A stretch of 63,554 nt of DNA, the filler included, from Hausera hauseri (taxonomy: Eukaryota), in assembly GCA_046269625.1 (NCBI GenBank). It is 11 parts of 11 records of this genome, joined end to end, with 100 filler letters (N's around TTAATTAATTAA, not from the genome) between each part and the next. Parts side by side here need not be neighbours in the genome. Positions count along the whole stretch, not along the records: positions 16,896 to 28,268 come from JBJURY010106653.1; positions 28,369 to 32,659 come from JBJURY010652996.1; positions 32,760 to 36,758 come from JBJURY010828972.1; 8 more parts are not named here. One strand, given 5' to 3'. Of this stretch, positions 24,189 through 35,970 are shown piece by piece. Each line of letters begins with the position of its first letter. Positions within the stretch are counted from its first letter, which is position 1. A program made the position numbers and the translations under genes. The notes beneath the pieces were generated by a model that saw nothing but the letters and a program-made list of their open reading frames with translations, was not told the origin of the DNA and did no database searches.

Positions 24189-24850
24189 ATGGGCCCAGAC
24201 GACCAACGGCACGTCGACTGGAAACCCAATCACCACAACTTCCGTATACAAATAGCAAACACATTGTCGACGCTATTTTCACCCTCGAGGCGGATCCACT
24301 ACACTCCAATATCTCGAAGCACCTAGATTTTTTAATCGACACTGGTGCAGCGTTATCGCTGATACCTAGCGCATACGCTAGACCTACGCTGGTCTCGCAT
24401 GCATTACTCAAAGCTGCCAATGGCACGCAAATGTCAACCACAGGTACACTGTACCTTTAATTTCACCTGCAAGGCCGACCATACGCTTGGTCATTCATGT
24501 TGGCCGATGTCATGCAATCAATCCTTGGTTCTGACTTCCTAGATCAGTACGATCTCACAGTTGATTGCCAAAATCAACAACTCACCAGAGGGAGCAATCC
24601 ACTACTTCCACCCGCATTCACACTAACTATAAACGCTGTCACGGATATCAAAATTACAAATCCCAGTGACATCGCTCTATTGCTGCAAGCGCAATACCCT
24701 AACCTGTTAAAACGCTCAGCACAACCAACACAGAAAGAGGTGAAAACATCGCACTTTCTCGTCACATCATGTGATCGACCGATTCGGCAACCCCGGAGGG
24801 AGCTTGACCCTGTCAAGAGAGCAGCTGCGGAAGCCGAATTTCGACACATT
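24175..24850 (+). pseudogene. Gypsy protease and start of pol (-1 frame relative to gag), interrupted before the RT core
   Basis: DFLIDTGAALSLIP, ILGSDFLDQYDLTVD, PIRQPRRELDP.KRAAAEAEF. One stop near 24458. Confidence 0.85.
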
Positions 24851-25302
24851 GAAGTGAGGGGCCAGAGGGTGGGGTCCAAAATGTCACACATTCTTTTTAG
24901 CCCCTCCTCGCATTCATTTATCCACTGGACCTGTTTGGGGGTGGTGAATTCATGCCAGGCCCCCACAAATTGGCCAAGGTCCTCACTCGTATAAGTAGCC
25001 CCGTCGTAAGGCAGAATCCAGACCCCCTGGAATTTTTCTATCTGGGCCAGGTAGGTCACAATTGAGTCCCTGACCCCCTCGCACCGGGCCAGGCTTTCTT
25101 GGGCCAGTCGAATTCGCTCCTGGGCCATTTCGTCCCCCCAGGCAGTCAAAATCGAGTCCCCCAGGATTTGGCGGAACTCATTTCCCAGGGTGGTCACACG
25201 TTCCAATTCGGCCCGGTAAATTTGTATATCTTGGGCCACCCTCTTTTCGGCCACGAGGTTGTACAATTCCAGCAATTTCAACGCGTAGGTTCTGTTTGCC
25301 AT
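24851..25302 (-). CDS. Orphan ORF of the CRESS-like insert (3' end runs into antisense gypsy sequence)
   Basis: MANRTYALKLLELYNL...DPTLWPLTS, ~150 codons, helical, divergent from rep. Confidence 0.55.
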
Positions 25303-25309
25303 CTATAAT

Positions 25310-25695
25310 TAGAAATAATTAAAAATATTAAGATTATTAATTAGTAATTAAGAAACTAAAAATATTAAGATTATTAATTAGTAATTAAGAAATTAAAAAT
25401 ATTAAGATTATTAATTATTAATTAAGAAATTAAAATTAAAATAATTAATATTAAAATAATTAATTTTAAAATAATTAATTTTAAAATAATTAATATTAAA
25501 AAAATTAATATTAAAAAAATTAATATTAAAATAATTAATATTAAAATAATTAATTTTAAAATAATTAATATTAAAATAATTAAGATAATTAAAAAGTAAT
25601 TAAAGTAATTAAATTAAATGAAAATAAATTAAGAGAAATAAGTAAAATATAATAATAATAATATTAATAATAATAATAATAATAAGAATAATAAG
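25310..25695. repeat. Extremely AT-rich tandem repeat block
   Basis: Three ~36 nt units (aaaatattaagattattaattagtaattaagaaa..), about nine 15-mers aataattaat(a/t)ttaa, then (aat)n. Confidence 0.9.
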
Positions 25696-26183
25696 TTTTG
25701 GGCTCGATTTTACTTTGAGCCAAATTATTTTTCAATATCGTGTACACTGGCCTATGTTAATTTACCGATGACCGATCGTATAGGGTCTCGGGTTTTCTTC
25801 ATGTAATGCAAAACACCGGTATCCAGATTTACATGTAAAGTCCGGTAACGTGGTCTAATTGCCAGCGGTCGCTTAATTGCCACTTGAGATTCACTGGCGC
25901 CGCTAATGTAATGAGTGAGCGTAAATATCGATCGATTGTGATTACACACAAACACGGTTGCTAAGCAACCTGTGTAGTGGATAGAAAATGTATTGCGCAC
26001 ACCTACTGGCTCAGTAGGTTTTTTTTCTGCCCCGGTTATTCTATATCTTCTAATTGAGCTAGCTCAAAAAGTAAATAAGAAGATAATCTGGCTAGAATTT
26101 AAATTTGATTCAAAATATATAAAGCCTAATTTTTTCAATATGGAAGCTTTCAATTTGGCTAAAATTATTAAATTGCCCCCCCT

Positions 26184-27495
26184 ATGATGAAGTCTGATGC
26201 GGAGTATATTTTTTTTATTTTTATTCGATTAATATTTTTTTTTCGACAGAACATCATACAAGAAGAATATAACGATAAGCAAAGAGAATGATATGCCTCT
26301 GTTTAAAAACACTGATTTCTCACCAGAAGTGTTTGAGGCTTTGCAAAGTAAATTTACAGAGCCTATCAAGGATTTGGCTATGCCCCCGCGTAATTATACG
26401 TTTCGCCACTGGATGCTGGTGCACAAGTTGGACGAAATGCAGAATGCGGAATATTATTTGGACACGTACCAGCGTTTGTATTTGAAGAAACGTTGGTACA
26501 TCCGTCTGCAAGAAGAAAGGGCACCGTCGGGGTTTCATCATATTCATATATTGATCTATACCCCGACGCCTAATAAGATCAGTACGATGTGGAATATTTT
26601 GGTTTCACATGTTTTGCCTTTTCGTGCTGATATTCAGAAAGTAATGAATTTAATTATTAATATTATTATTGTTATTTAGGTTTATCAGTATCATCATAAA
26701 GATACGTTTGACGGGGCGCTCATTGCGGCTTTCGGGAAGGAGCCGTTTAATGTTTGGCGTGAGAATACGTCAAAAAAAGTGATATATAAATTGTTCGATG
26801 AGGCCCCTACGCCTGAAGAAGCTTTGCAGACCATGAAGGAGTGCGATAGGTCGGAGTATATTACTCGCCATCGCTTATTAACTACGTATATTCGTAACAA
26901 GTTCCGAGAGAAATATGTTCCGCAGGAAAATCAAGAATTTTTGCTTCCTCCTATCCATTTTGATGTTGAGAAAGGTGTCAATTCCGCAGTTATTTTTGGC
27001 AGTGCCAATATAGGGAAAACTTCCTATGCATTGTCGCATGGGAAGAATCCCCTTATTCTCCATTCTATCCATGATTGCCCCACGGATTGGACTGGGGAAT
27101 ACGATATTATAATATTGGATGATGTTGGATTTCACGATACGGCTCCCGACCAATTTTTGAATATGATACAATGCAACCATGCGAACGATAATCGGTCGTT
27201 TAGGGGATTATATAAATCGGTAATGATCCCAAGCAAGGTGCCTTTGATAATGACCTATAATAATGAGCAGACATTTTGGCCTTACAAGATGGACTTGGTA
27301 CAGAAGGAGGCCTGTCTCAAAAGGTTGAAAGTGTACAATTGCGGTACAACGATGTTGTATAATGGCAAGGATGTCAGGAACAAGTTTTTGAAGGATAATG
27401 TTGTTAATGTGGAGGAAGAAATTCAAGCCAAGAGGATCAAGTTGAACATTCGTTTGAATCCCGTGACTCAGGCCTGGGAGGCGGCTGGCCAATGA
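26184..27495 (+). CDS. rep: HUH endonuclease-SF3 helicase Rep (CRESS type), spliced: exons 26184-26203, 26250-26640, 26680-27495
   Basis: Motif I-like HWMLVH, motif II EERAPSGFHHIHILI, motif III YQYHHKD, Walker A GSANIGKTS, Walker B IIILDD, motif C IMTYN, Arg finger LKRL. Removing two GT-AG introns (46 and 39 nt) gives one frame. TATA-like tatataaag at ~26116. Confidence 0.88.
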
Positions 27496-27573
27496 CATAC
27501 GTGCACGTGTGTTACTATAAATAGATTGTAATTTGTTTTAATATATCTTTAGTTGTTTAGTTTATTGTTTCTC

Positions 27574-28116
27574 ATGGATGAATTGTGTACTATTTTAAAT
27601 CAGTTGTATTTCCGAACGATTTCTTTGAATCGTTTTTGCTATAATGTTGCGCATCAAGTACCCACGGATAACTGGGAGGAATACCTTAATATTGTTCATG
27701 CTAACAATTTTGCCCAGGATGTTATGAATTTGTCTTATAATGCCATTCAAGCTTATGATAAAATTCTACAGCAGTTTCCAATTATTGAACCTCTATCTAG
27801 TCAGTGCAAATTTAATGAAATTCTTAGGGGAGATGCCGATATTGCTCTTGTTGCAGCCTGTGCTCAGGATATTTGTTCTGAATCTCATTTGACTAAGATG
27901 TCTTTGGATCCTAATGAAGTTAGTATGGCTAAAAAGAATCCGTGTTTTATCTGTTGTAAGCCCGACTCAAGTATACCTCATATTTTAAAGCGATTCAATC
28001 AAAATAAAATCCAGAGTTTCTCGGACCTTACGTCCTCACATCGGAAAGTGAGTAAAATTGAAAAAAATGAAATTTTTGATTTTTTGAAATTTTTGACCCC
28101 ACGGTTGCAAAACTGA
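27574..28116 (+). CDS. Orphan ORF downstream of rep
   Basis: 180 aa open frame from ATG 27574, TATAAA at ~27516, Cys cluster PCFICCK. Confidence 0.6.
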   Translation: MDELCTILNQLYFRTISLNRFCYNVAHQVPTDNWEEYLNIVHANNFAQDVMNLSYNAIQAYDKILQQFPIIEPLSSQCKFNEILRGDADIALVAACAQDICSESHLTKMSLDPNEVSMAKKNPCFICCKPDSSIPHILKRFNQNKIQSFSDLTSSHRKVSKIEKNEIFDFLKFLTPRLQN

Positions 28117-28131
28117 TCCAATGAAGCTTCA

Positions 28132-28268
28132 TTGCTGGACGCGCAATACCCTAACCTGTTGAAACACGCAGCACAACCAACACAGAAAGAGGTGAAAACA
28201 TCACACTTTCTCGTCACATCATGTGATCGACCGATTCGGCAACCCCGGAGGGAGCTTGATCCTGTCAA
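28132..28268 (+). repeat. Direct duplicate of gypsy pol segment 24679-24816
   Basis: ttgctg..gcgcaataccctaacctgtt..cagaaagaggtgaaaacatc..gggagcttga.cctgtcaa, with roughly 7-8 mismatches. Runs to the contig end. Confidence 0.95.
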
Positions 28269-28368
28269 NNNNNNNNNNNNNNNNNNNNNNNNNNNNNNNN
28301 NNNNNNNNNNNNTTAATTAATTAANNNNNNNNNNNNNNNNNNNNNNNNNNNNNNNNNNNNNNNNNNNN

Positions 28369-29638
28369 ATACAATTCTTTTTGGTTTGCATTTATACGAG
28401 GTAAGAATTGCACCGTTAGAAACAAAAAATCGAGATTGGAAAAGCTCGTCATTTTTCATAATTTGAATAATGTCAGGCAATTCCCTGCGATTATTTCTAA
28501 TTGTTCCCACTACACTAATGCCTTTAGTTGCTAATGAGTTAAGTAATTCCATACATGTAAAATAATTGTCACACGTTACATTATGGCCGTTATGTTCAAA
28601 TCCTTGGAGTAATGAATGAACGACAAACACAGGTAAAGGCTGGTTTGTAGGCCGTTCGTTATTAGCCCCCAAGTAAGGCAGACCATTACACACATATTTA
28701 GATTCCAGGTCAACCAACAAAAAATACTTTATCCCAAATTTGTCCGGTTTACTGGAGATGTATTGCGTGAATGGGCATCTACTCTTTGATGGGTATAACT
28801 GCTCATCCACTGTTAGGTTTTCTGATGGAACATACATTTTTTTACAATTTTCTATAAATGGATTCCATATACCCGATGCTAAAGCAAATCTATCACTTTC
28901 TAATGCTCTTGGTCGCTCAGATTTTATATCAAATCTAAGAAAATTCATGATTTCCAAAAATCTATCCCTTGGCATAGAGTTATGAAAAATGGGAGGACCC
29001 CACTGTGTAGACCACAGTTGAGACACAGGTGTATTTTTAGATAGCATCCCCCTCGCATAACACAAACCAATAAAAATTTCTAAATCTTTCAAGCTTACTT
29101 TCCAGTCTGTTAGTCCTCTAAATTTTGATTCCAGTTCCGTGCATTTCTGAATCAGCCGTAAAATGGTTTCATCAAAGAACAATTTGAATGCTGAATAACA
29201 AGTTCCGTCAATCCTTTTCGCAGCATAATTTGTCACACCAGATTGTTTACGTTGAATATTCTGCAAGCTTCTTCGTCCTGACAATTTTGTGTCACAGCAA
29301 ATTTCTTTCCATTTAGTTCCATCCTTCCCATTGAAGTAACGTTCAGTCGCACAATCATCTGGTATAAGTGATTGGTTGCCAGCTGCACAGTCGCTTCTGT
29401 CACTTTGATGTGCCATGAGGGTCGTACTGCAGCTAGCCTGACTAAAACCAACACGGTTGGAAAGTGGAGCAATGCTTTCGTCGGATTCCGTGCTTGTACT
29501 TGATTCCGTGTCACTGGATAGCTCAAAATCATCGCTGATTTCATCATTATCCGACTTATCAAAATCTGATAAGATCCTCTGCAATGCTTCCTGTGCTGTA
29601 ATACGCTTGGGTCGATTCATGATAATTACAAAGTACAA
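28369..29638 (-). CDS. piggyBac DDD transposase (open to the contig end)
   Basis: Acidic N-terminus, MPRDRF..FLRFD, LTVDEQL, KPDKFGIK, VTCDNYFT, VGTIRNNR. Confidence 0.95.
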
Positions 29639-29831
29639 AATTTACTACCTACACAAAATATAACAAACAATTGTATTTATATCAAAACCATAATATTTTA
29701 ATGTTTGGAAAAAATGTGTATTATTTTGTCATAACCAATCAAACATCAACAAATAATTTCCACTAAGTTTACATATTCATTCACATTGATAAACACAAGT
29801 TATTTCAAGGAATCCTGAAAAATATAGTAAG

Positions 29832-30044
29832 GAGTCAAAAATGACTCAGCCGTAGTTATAGGTAAAAAGCGTTAAATCTCCTACAGCTTAATGCGTGAAG
29901 GGGCATTAATTAAGTAATTTACTTCTCTATGTAATCTAAACAAAGTCACCACATATCAGATCCCTAACTTGAATAATTACTGATTTAAGAAATAAACAAC
30001 TTTTTAAATGAGTCAAAAATGACTCACCGTACTTCTAGTGTTAA
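29832..30044 (-). repeat. piggyBac 5' terminus with TTAA target site and duplicated palindromic sub-terminal motif
   Basis: TTAA at 30041-30044, end reads CACTAG on the minus strand, GAGTCAAAAATGACTCA at 29832 and 30010. Confidence 0.8.
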
Positions 30045-30149
30045 TGTTTTACAAGAGGCTGTTGGAAGATTCGGCTCTCCGAAATATTTAAAATTACAGT
30101 CATTGAAACCTATGCACTTATTTCAGTTGTTTCACAAATTCTAATACGA

Positions 30150-32350
30150 TGCGTCATGAGAAGTTTTAGAGTACAAATGATGCCTGCTCTGCTTTTGTGC
30201 AACAAGAAACTATTTATCGCTTGGTGTGAAGGATCTCCTGACAGAAGTAGGTTAGGAAAAGGGAATCTGTTCCTCTTTTTAAGCAGTAAAAATGTCCTTT
30301 CTTTGAGATTGATGTTGACCTTATTTTAGCATTAGGAGTATGTTTCTGGAAGATAAGCAAAAACGACTTGCTTGGTTTTTAGTGACTCTTCAAACCGTCT
30401 TGAAACTGGCATATGTTTTGTATCATCTTAATAATCATCTTCTATATTAGCTGATTCTACCAGTGTTAGGTGGGCAAATTTTGCTAACAAAAAATCATTG
30501 TTGCTATTTCTGCTGTTGAAATCATCATAATGATCCTCGGCTTCGAGACTCACAAGCCAGTGGGGCCCTAGCACATAAAAATTCCCGGATAGCACGGATC
30601 GACGATCAAATCTTTCAGAGTTGTTTTCTTTCTACTTCCGGATTATTATGCCAGTATGATCTGAGTTACCGTGGGCCCTCAATGTTCTGAGTCTGGTCTC
30701 TGTCACACCGAGACTACATTGCATGACAGTTATACTGCGGCAAACTCCAACAAAGGACACCCATTTCACTGCATCAGTCGTTGGCTCACTGGGCTTTCTG
30801 AACTGCCCTAACCTGCTACACAATACGATAGGACAAGTAGTCAGTCATATGATAGGTTCGGCCAGGGTCAACCCCCAATTAGGGTATAAGAGGAGACGAC
30901 AGAGCTCTCCTATTACTAAAAGAGGAGTCGGCGGAACTATGAAAAGGTATGATTACCTTGAGTGGTATACATAGAAGATGGGGGATCAGTTGTCTCGAGG
31001 TAAAGTGTCTGCCTTGTATGTGGTTTCTCCTGAATCCTCTAGTAATACATTCTTCTGATCTTTAGTGAGATCGGGAATCGTCTACCTTGTATTGCACATT
31101 AAAAACTCCACGGCATTTAAAAGTTAAAAAAAGAGGAGGCCTAACAGCCTCTGCTTAGGAAAAATGTCTAGTTAAAATTAACCAAGGCAAGAAAGGTCTT
31201 CGCCGATGCGACAGAGATTGTGACCTGAGCTGAGACCTCCCAGTATGGAGGAGAACGCAGGACCTATAGATTTTTCCATGTGAGAAGATGATGATCACTT
31301 TAATAAATAAATACAAAAACTGACATGAGTCATTTTAAACAACACGCTTTAGTGCTAGGAATCTCATCTAGTGGGCACATTTCATATAGTCATAAGAAGT
31401 ATAAATCCTTTAATCTCACGGCAGGAATCCCAGGTCTTTTTCCTTTTCACCTGCCAACAGAAAGATACTAACGTAAGAGGAACAACAAAGCGCTCCCTGC
31501 CGGGGGAATCTGGAGCAAATACGACTGTATCAGACATGGTCTCTGCGATGAAAGGTGGCCCACGGAGGCTAAAGAAAGCCGCCATTTTGTACCTGAATGA
31601 AAAGACTACTTGAAGCGTCGGTGGTGAAGGACATAATTAGTGCTCGGAAGAAAGTCCCTGAATTGAGACATCCATTGTTAGAGAATGTGAAAGTATATAG
31701 GGATGATGGGATAGTCAGAGCTGGTTTCCGAAGGATACAGGTGTGTTAAAATACGTGCAAGTTGGCAAGTTGAATGGGAGGAAGTGATTAAATCATTGAT
31801 GGCATGTGACTAGTCTGTGAAACATCCACAGTTTAAAAAAATGAATAGAAGATGTGGCAGAGATTTTTACTTCTGTTCATCTTAAATCCTGACACGCCTG
31901 TGTGGGATAATTTACATCCTCCATCCCTTTCCATGCACTTCGTTCAAAATTCTAGACCTTTAGTGGGTTTAAGAGTGAAACTTTTTTAAATGAATGCCAT
32001 TACAATTCATTGCCCCAGCATGTCTGTTTAACCTTATCAGACGGTCAGACTATGCATGTTATCAATGGGCTGATGTTATCAATGCTCCCATAGAGATAGC
32101 GGACAGATGGAAGATCTTACAAACCATGATATAGAACTGGAGAAAAGGGACTAAGATCGCCACACAGGACGTGCTAGACGAATCACCTGTCAGCACAGAA
32201 CATCACATGCTGGGAGAAATAGTGATACGGGGATCCGAACACCTATGTACCTGTCCGGAGTGCAGTAATGATTATCCAGCTCATTACTCATAACCTGAAG
32301 GTGGTAGTACATCATTACAGGGCGTGTCTTGAAATGGCCAGTTTAGTTTA
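30150..32350 (-). pseudogene. Heavily decayed LINE-like remnant (ORF1/APE traces)
   Basis: Only weak traces (PLLVIG..WG, NSDH); no long ORF. Confidence 0.3.
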
Positions 32351-33819
32351 GTCGAAGGGTCAGCATCTACGCACACGGATAGATCCATAAGTGATCCGTT
32401 CTCCTCCATTCTGGAGGATTTCAGCTCAGTGCGCTTACTCAGCTGCACCGGCGAGGACCCTGTAAGTTAATATATCTAACTTTTTTGTGCAGGAATTTTA
32501 ACCACATTTTTCCCTGGTAGCGGCCAAAGGCCTACTCTTTTTCGATTTCCAACTACCAAGGGATTTTTTACGTGCGAAACGTCCTCCGAGTTTATCGTCC
32601 ATCTCCGATAGGACTAGGCGTCGGTCTACCTACACATAGACCGGGGACAGCGTTATAGGNNNNNNNNNNNNNNNNNNNNNNNNNNNNNNNNNNNNNNNNN
32701 NNNTTAATTAATTAANNNNNNNNNNNNNNNNNNNNNNNNNNNNNNNNNNNNNNNNNNNNTGGTCTGTGAGCGTGTTCATGTTTTACAGCAGATTTTTATA
32801 TGTATTATGTTGAAATAAATAAAGAAGTTTGGGTCAAATGAAATTATTTGACCTGAAATTAAAATCCATGTGTTATGTTTATTACAATAAATATTAAATA
32901 AAAAGGTTATACATACTAAAATAAATACTGTAATATATTAAAATTAAAAATGAAACCTTTAGATGGGAAGCAACATTTGACTTTTAAGAAGGTGGAAGTT
33001 TTAGTTTTGATTCATTTGATAAAATTGTTTAAAATCTTACAGCACCAGAATACATAAATACTGTTACAGTCACAATCTAATATTTTCAATCTCTATTATG
33101 GATTTACAGTTTTCTCCTTGTGATGAAAACAATTTTTTCTTGTTCATTTTGTCTACAAATACTATTTGTTTTGATTCGGAGTCTTTTCAGTTTCATATTT
33201 GCGTTTCTTTGCAAAGCATGACGAAGTTATTTTTATACTATAATCGAAAATGCCCGTTCATCGTCAATGCTCAAAATCATGGGATGCTAAAGTCCTGTAT
33301 TTCACGTGGTGGACTTTGGCGCCCGAATGTCATACGTTTTTATGATTTGTACTGTTCCGTGGTATTTTCTCAAGAATGTTCACTGAAGAAATTAGACCTA
33401 CAGATTTTTAGACCACCAAAGATTCTTACGAAGACCATCCCGAGTTCGAAAATTTCTACTGGCGAAAAGCGCCAGAGATTATATAGACCTCCATGCTCTT
33501 GACGAACCCCAACCAGGAGACTTTGCGCGGATGAAAATCAGAACACTCCCAGTACGACAGAATCGAAGAAAATTACTAAAACGATTCGATGACTTCTGTC
33601 TACAGTGACGGGGATGTGAGATAACAATATTTAAATATTATATTATTTTTAAATAATACACCTTTTGGTACTGTGTTGAATCTTATCTTGTTTATTTAAG
33701 GCTTAGTATATTAATTCACGTTATATCACATGAAAAACTTACCAAGCTCAAGGTATTTTTAATTTGTGCACATCTTAATGGAATTCATCGGGTTCTTGGG
33801 TGGTTGCGGATTACATGTA

Positions 33820-34240
33820 AGTAGATAGAAGGGAGGACATGGCACCAACCCCCCGGGGGGGAAAGAGAACACGTCATCGGGAAAACTGGCGAATGAGATG
33901 AGGGCACGTCATCGCGGGAAGGAAAACTGGCCAATCAGACAACGACACGTCATCGGGGGAAGGAAAAAAATGAGGACACGTCATCGGGGAAGGAAAAAAT
34001 GAACACGTCATCGGGGGAAAGAAAACTGGCCAATCAGGGAACAGTAGAACAAAGGAATTTCTGGGGTAGATTGGGTTTCACTTCCCATCCCGGAACAAAG
34101 ACATTGTGGTTTCACTATTCCCACCCTTTTTTGTTTCAATTTTGGTTGAGAACAAAGCATTTTCTGGGGTAAATTGGGTTTCACTATTCCCACATACAAT
34201 TTGTTTTGCAAAGTTATCACTTGTGAAAAAATGTACACTA
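33820..34240 (+). repeat. Probable Polinton terminus/TIR
   Basis: AGTAGA at 33820, C6G7 palindrome ~30 nt inside, five (a/g)cacgtcatcg repeats, repeated ggtttcactattccc. PolB 3' end on the same contig. Confidence 0.55.
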
Positions 34241-34242
34241 TG

Positions 34243-34596
34243 ACAAAACATAAGACAAAACACAAGACAAAACATACGACAAAACACAAGATGAAACACA
34301 AGACAAAACACAAGACAAAACACAAGACAAAACACAAGATAAAACATAAGACAAAACATAAGACAAAACATAAGACAAAACACAAGATGAAACACAAGAC
34401 AAAACACAAGACAAAACATAAGACAAAACACAAGATGAAACACAAGACAAAACATAAGACAAAACACAGGACAAAACATAAGACAAAACACGAGACAAAA
34501 CACAACACAAAAGAGAAGATGAAACACAAGACAAAACACAACACAAAAGAGAAGATGAAACACAAGACAAAACATAAGACAAAACACAAGATGAAA
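34243..34596. repeat. 12 bp minisatellite (acaaaacaYaag), ~29 units
   Basis: Directly visible; variant unit atgaaacacaag. Confidence 0.95.
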
Positions 34597-34597
34597 A

Positions 34598-34826
34598 TGT
34601 CTCAACCAAATATCTTGTCATTTAAATGCTTTTTCAACTGTAGAATACTGTGGGAAAGTTGCATGTACAATTGAAGAACATACAAAAGAGCTCATATGCT
34701 TGCTATGTAATGAAGGTAGATACAGTAATGTGCGGCCATCTGGTTGTATGTCAGATATGTTCAAAGTATTGTCCGGAGTGTAAATGCGCTATAACTGAAA
34801 GTGTACATATTAATAAAAAGACATGA
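34598..34826 (+). pseudogene. IAP-type RING finger ORF, frameshifted
   Basis: ELICLLCNE / VDTVMCGHLVVCQICSKYCPECKCAI. Confidence 0.65.
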
Positions 34827-35090
34827 AAAACTTCAAATTGCTTTTGTTTAAATTTTATTGTCCACCATTGCTTTTGCTTTTGTTTCAATGTTGGTTAAAA
34901 AAATAGAATTTAATGAGCTACTTCGTCAACATACATAGTACCCCATCTTCAGTTAAAACGATAGATGGGTTGGAGACATAGCAGACAGTGTCCACTAGTC
35001 ACTGCACTAAACGTGAGTGCACTATGTGAAATGACTTTTCACTCATAAATTCCAAATATTTAGCCGAATATTAGGTGGATATTTAATAGA

Positions 35091-35245
35091 TCGACAAAAC
35101 ACAATTAGTCAAATGTTATATAGATATTTATTATATCGACAAAACACAATTAGTCAAATGTTATATGGATATTTATTAGGTGGACAAAACACAATTAGTC
35201 AAATGTTATATAGATATTTATTAGGTCGATAAAACACAATTAGCC
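35091..35245. repeat. 45 bp tandem repeat x3.5
   Basis: cgacaaaacacaattagtcaaatgttatatagatatttatta at 35092, 35137, 35182, 35227. Confidence 0.9.
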
Positions 35246-35489
35246 AAAATATTAAGTAAAAAAACATCAAGAAAGCAGTCAAATATTAGGTCGACAAAAC
35301 AGTTTTGTCAAATTGACAAAACTTATCCTCAGCCGAGGAGCTAACCAGCATTGCTGGTGAACTGACTGAAGTGACAATTCAGTCAGTTAATATATAAATC
35401 ACAGCCAATCATAATACGGCTGTCAATGTACTTACAAAATGTAAGTAGCTGACTGATGATAAATATATGTCACACGCAGTGTTATTTAG

Positions 35490-35970
35490 TTCTACGCGAG
35501 AAAAGTTTTTTTCCTTAGTAGCTAAAATTATTTTGAAAGTTCTATCTTGTGCAGAATTCAATTCTGCGTCGATTGGTATATGAATCAACTTCAGGAATTT
35601 TCCCTGTTGGTCTATAGCACAAAAATGTGCCAATTTTGCACTTTTTCTACAGTTTCTTATCGTCAAAATTTTTTCCTCATATACTAAAAACTTTTAATAG
35701 GTCTATCTTGTGCAGAATTTAATTTTGCGTCGACTTGTGTAAGAATCAACTTCATAGGATTTTTCCATGTTTTGCTATAGCACAAAAATATGCAAATTTT
35801 GCATATTTTATTACTTATACGCGAGAAATTTTTGTTTTAATACCTAAATTTTTTTGAAAGGTCTACCTTGTACAGAATTTAATTTGGTGTCGAATGATGT
35901 ATAGATCAACTTCATATGACTTTTGGCTGTTGTGCTATAGCACAAAAATGTCAATATTGCACTTTTTCTA
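35490..35970. repeat. ~165 bp diverged tandem repeat x3
   Basis: cta(t/c)cttgt(g/a)cagaatt.aatt..g.gtcga..gt.ta.gaatcaacttca..ctatagcacaaaaa occurs three times. Confidence 0.85.

Larger units (their letters stand above)
24851..28125. mobile_element. Inserted CRESS-DNA-virus-like (Rep-encoding) element, ~3.3 kb
   Basis: Gypsy homology stops at ~24850 and resumes as a duplicate at ~28132. The insert carries Rep, two orphan ORFs and an AT-rich spacer. Confidence 0.75.

Noticed and set aside
24574-24850. C-terminal ~90 aa of ORF 24574-25302
   Set aside because: Antisense read-through of gypsy pol past the insertion junction.
25300-27560. Canonical CRESS nonanucleotide (NANTATTAC) stem-loop
   Set aside because: Not found by eye on either strand; only non-canonical candidates.
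33290-33330. ISRGGLWRP, similar to a THAP/P-element transposase C-terminal motif
   Set aside because: Too short, with no other supporting motifs.
34008-34674. ORFs of CFVL/KHKT/VLSC repeats on both strands
   Set aside because: By-product of a stop-free 12 bp minisatellite; no evidence of coding.
35091-35970. Regularly spaced repeats as a possible CRISPR array
   Set aside because: Units are full tandem copies with no unique spacers, there are no cas genes, and the context is eukaryotic.
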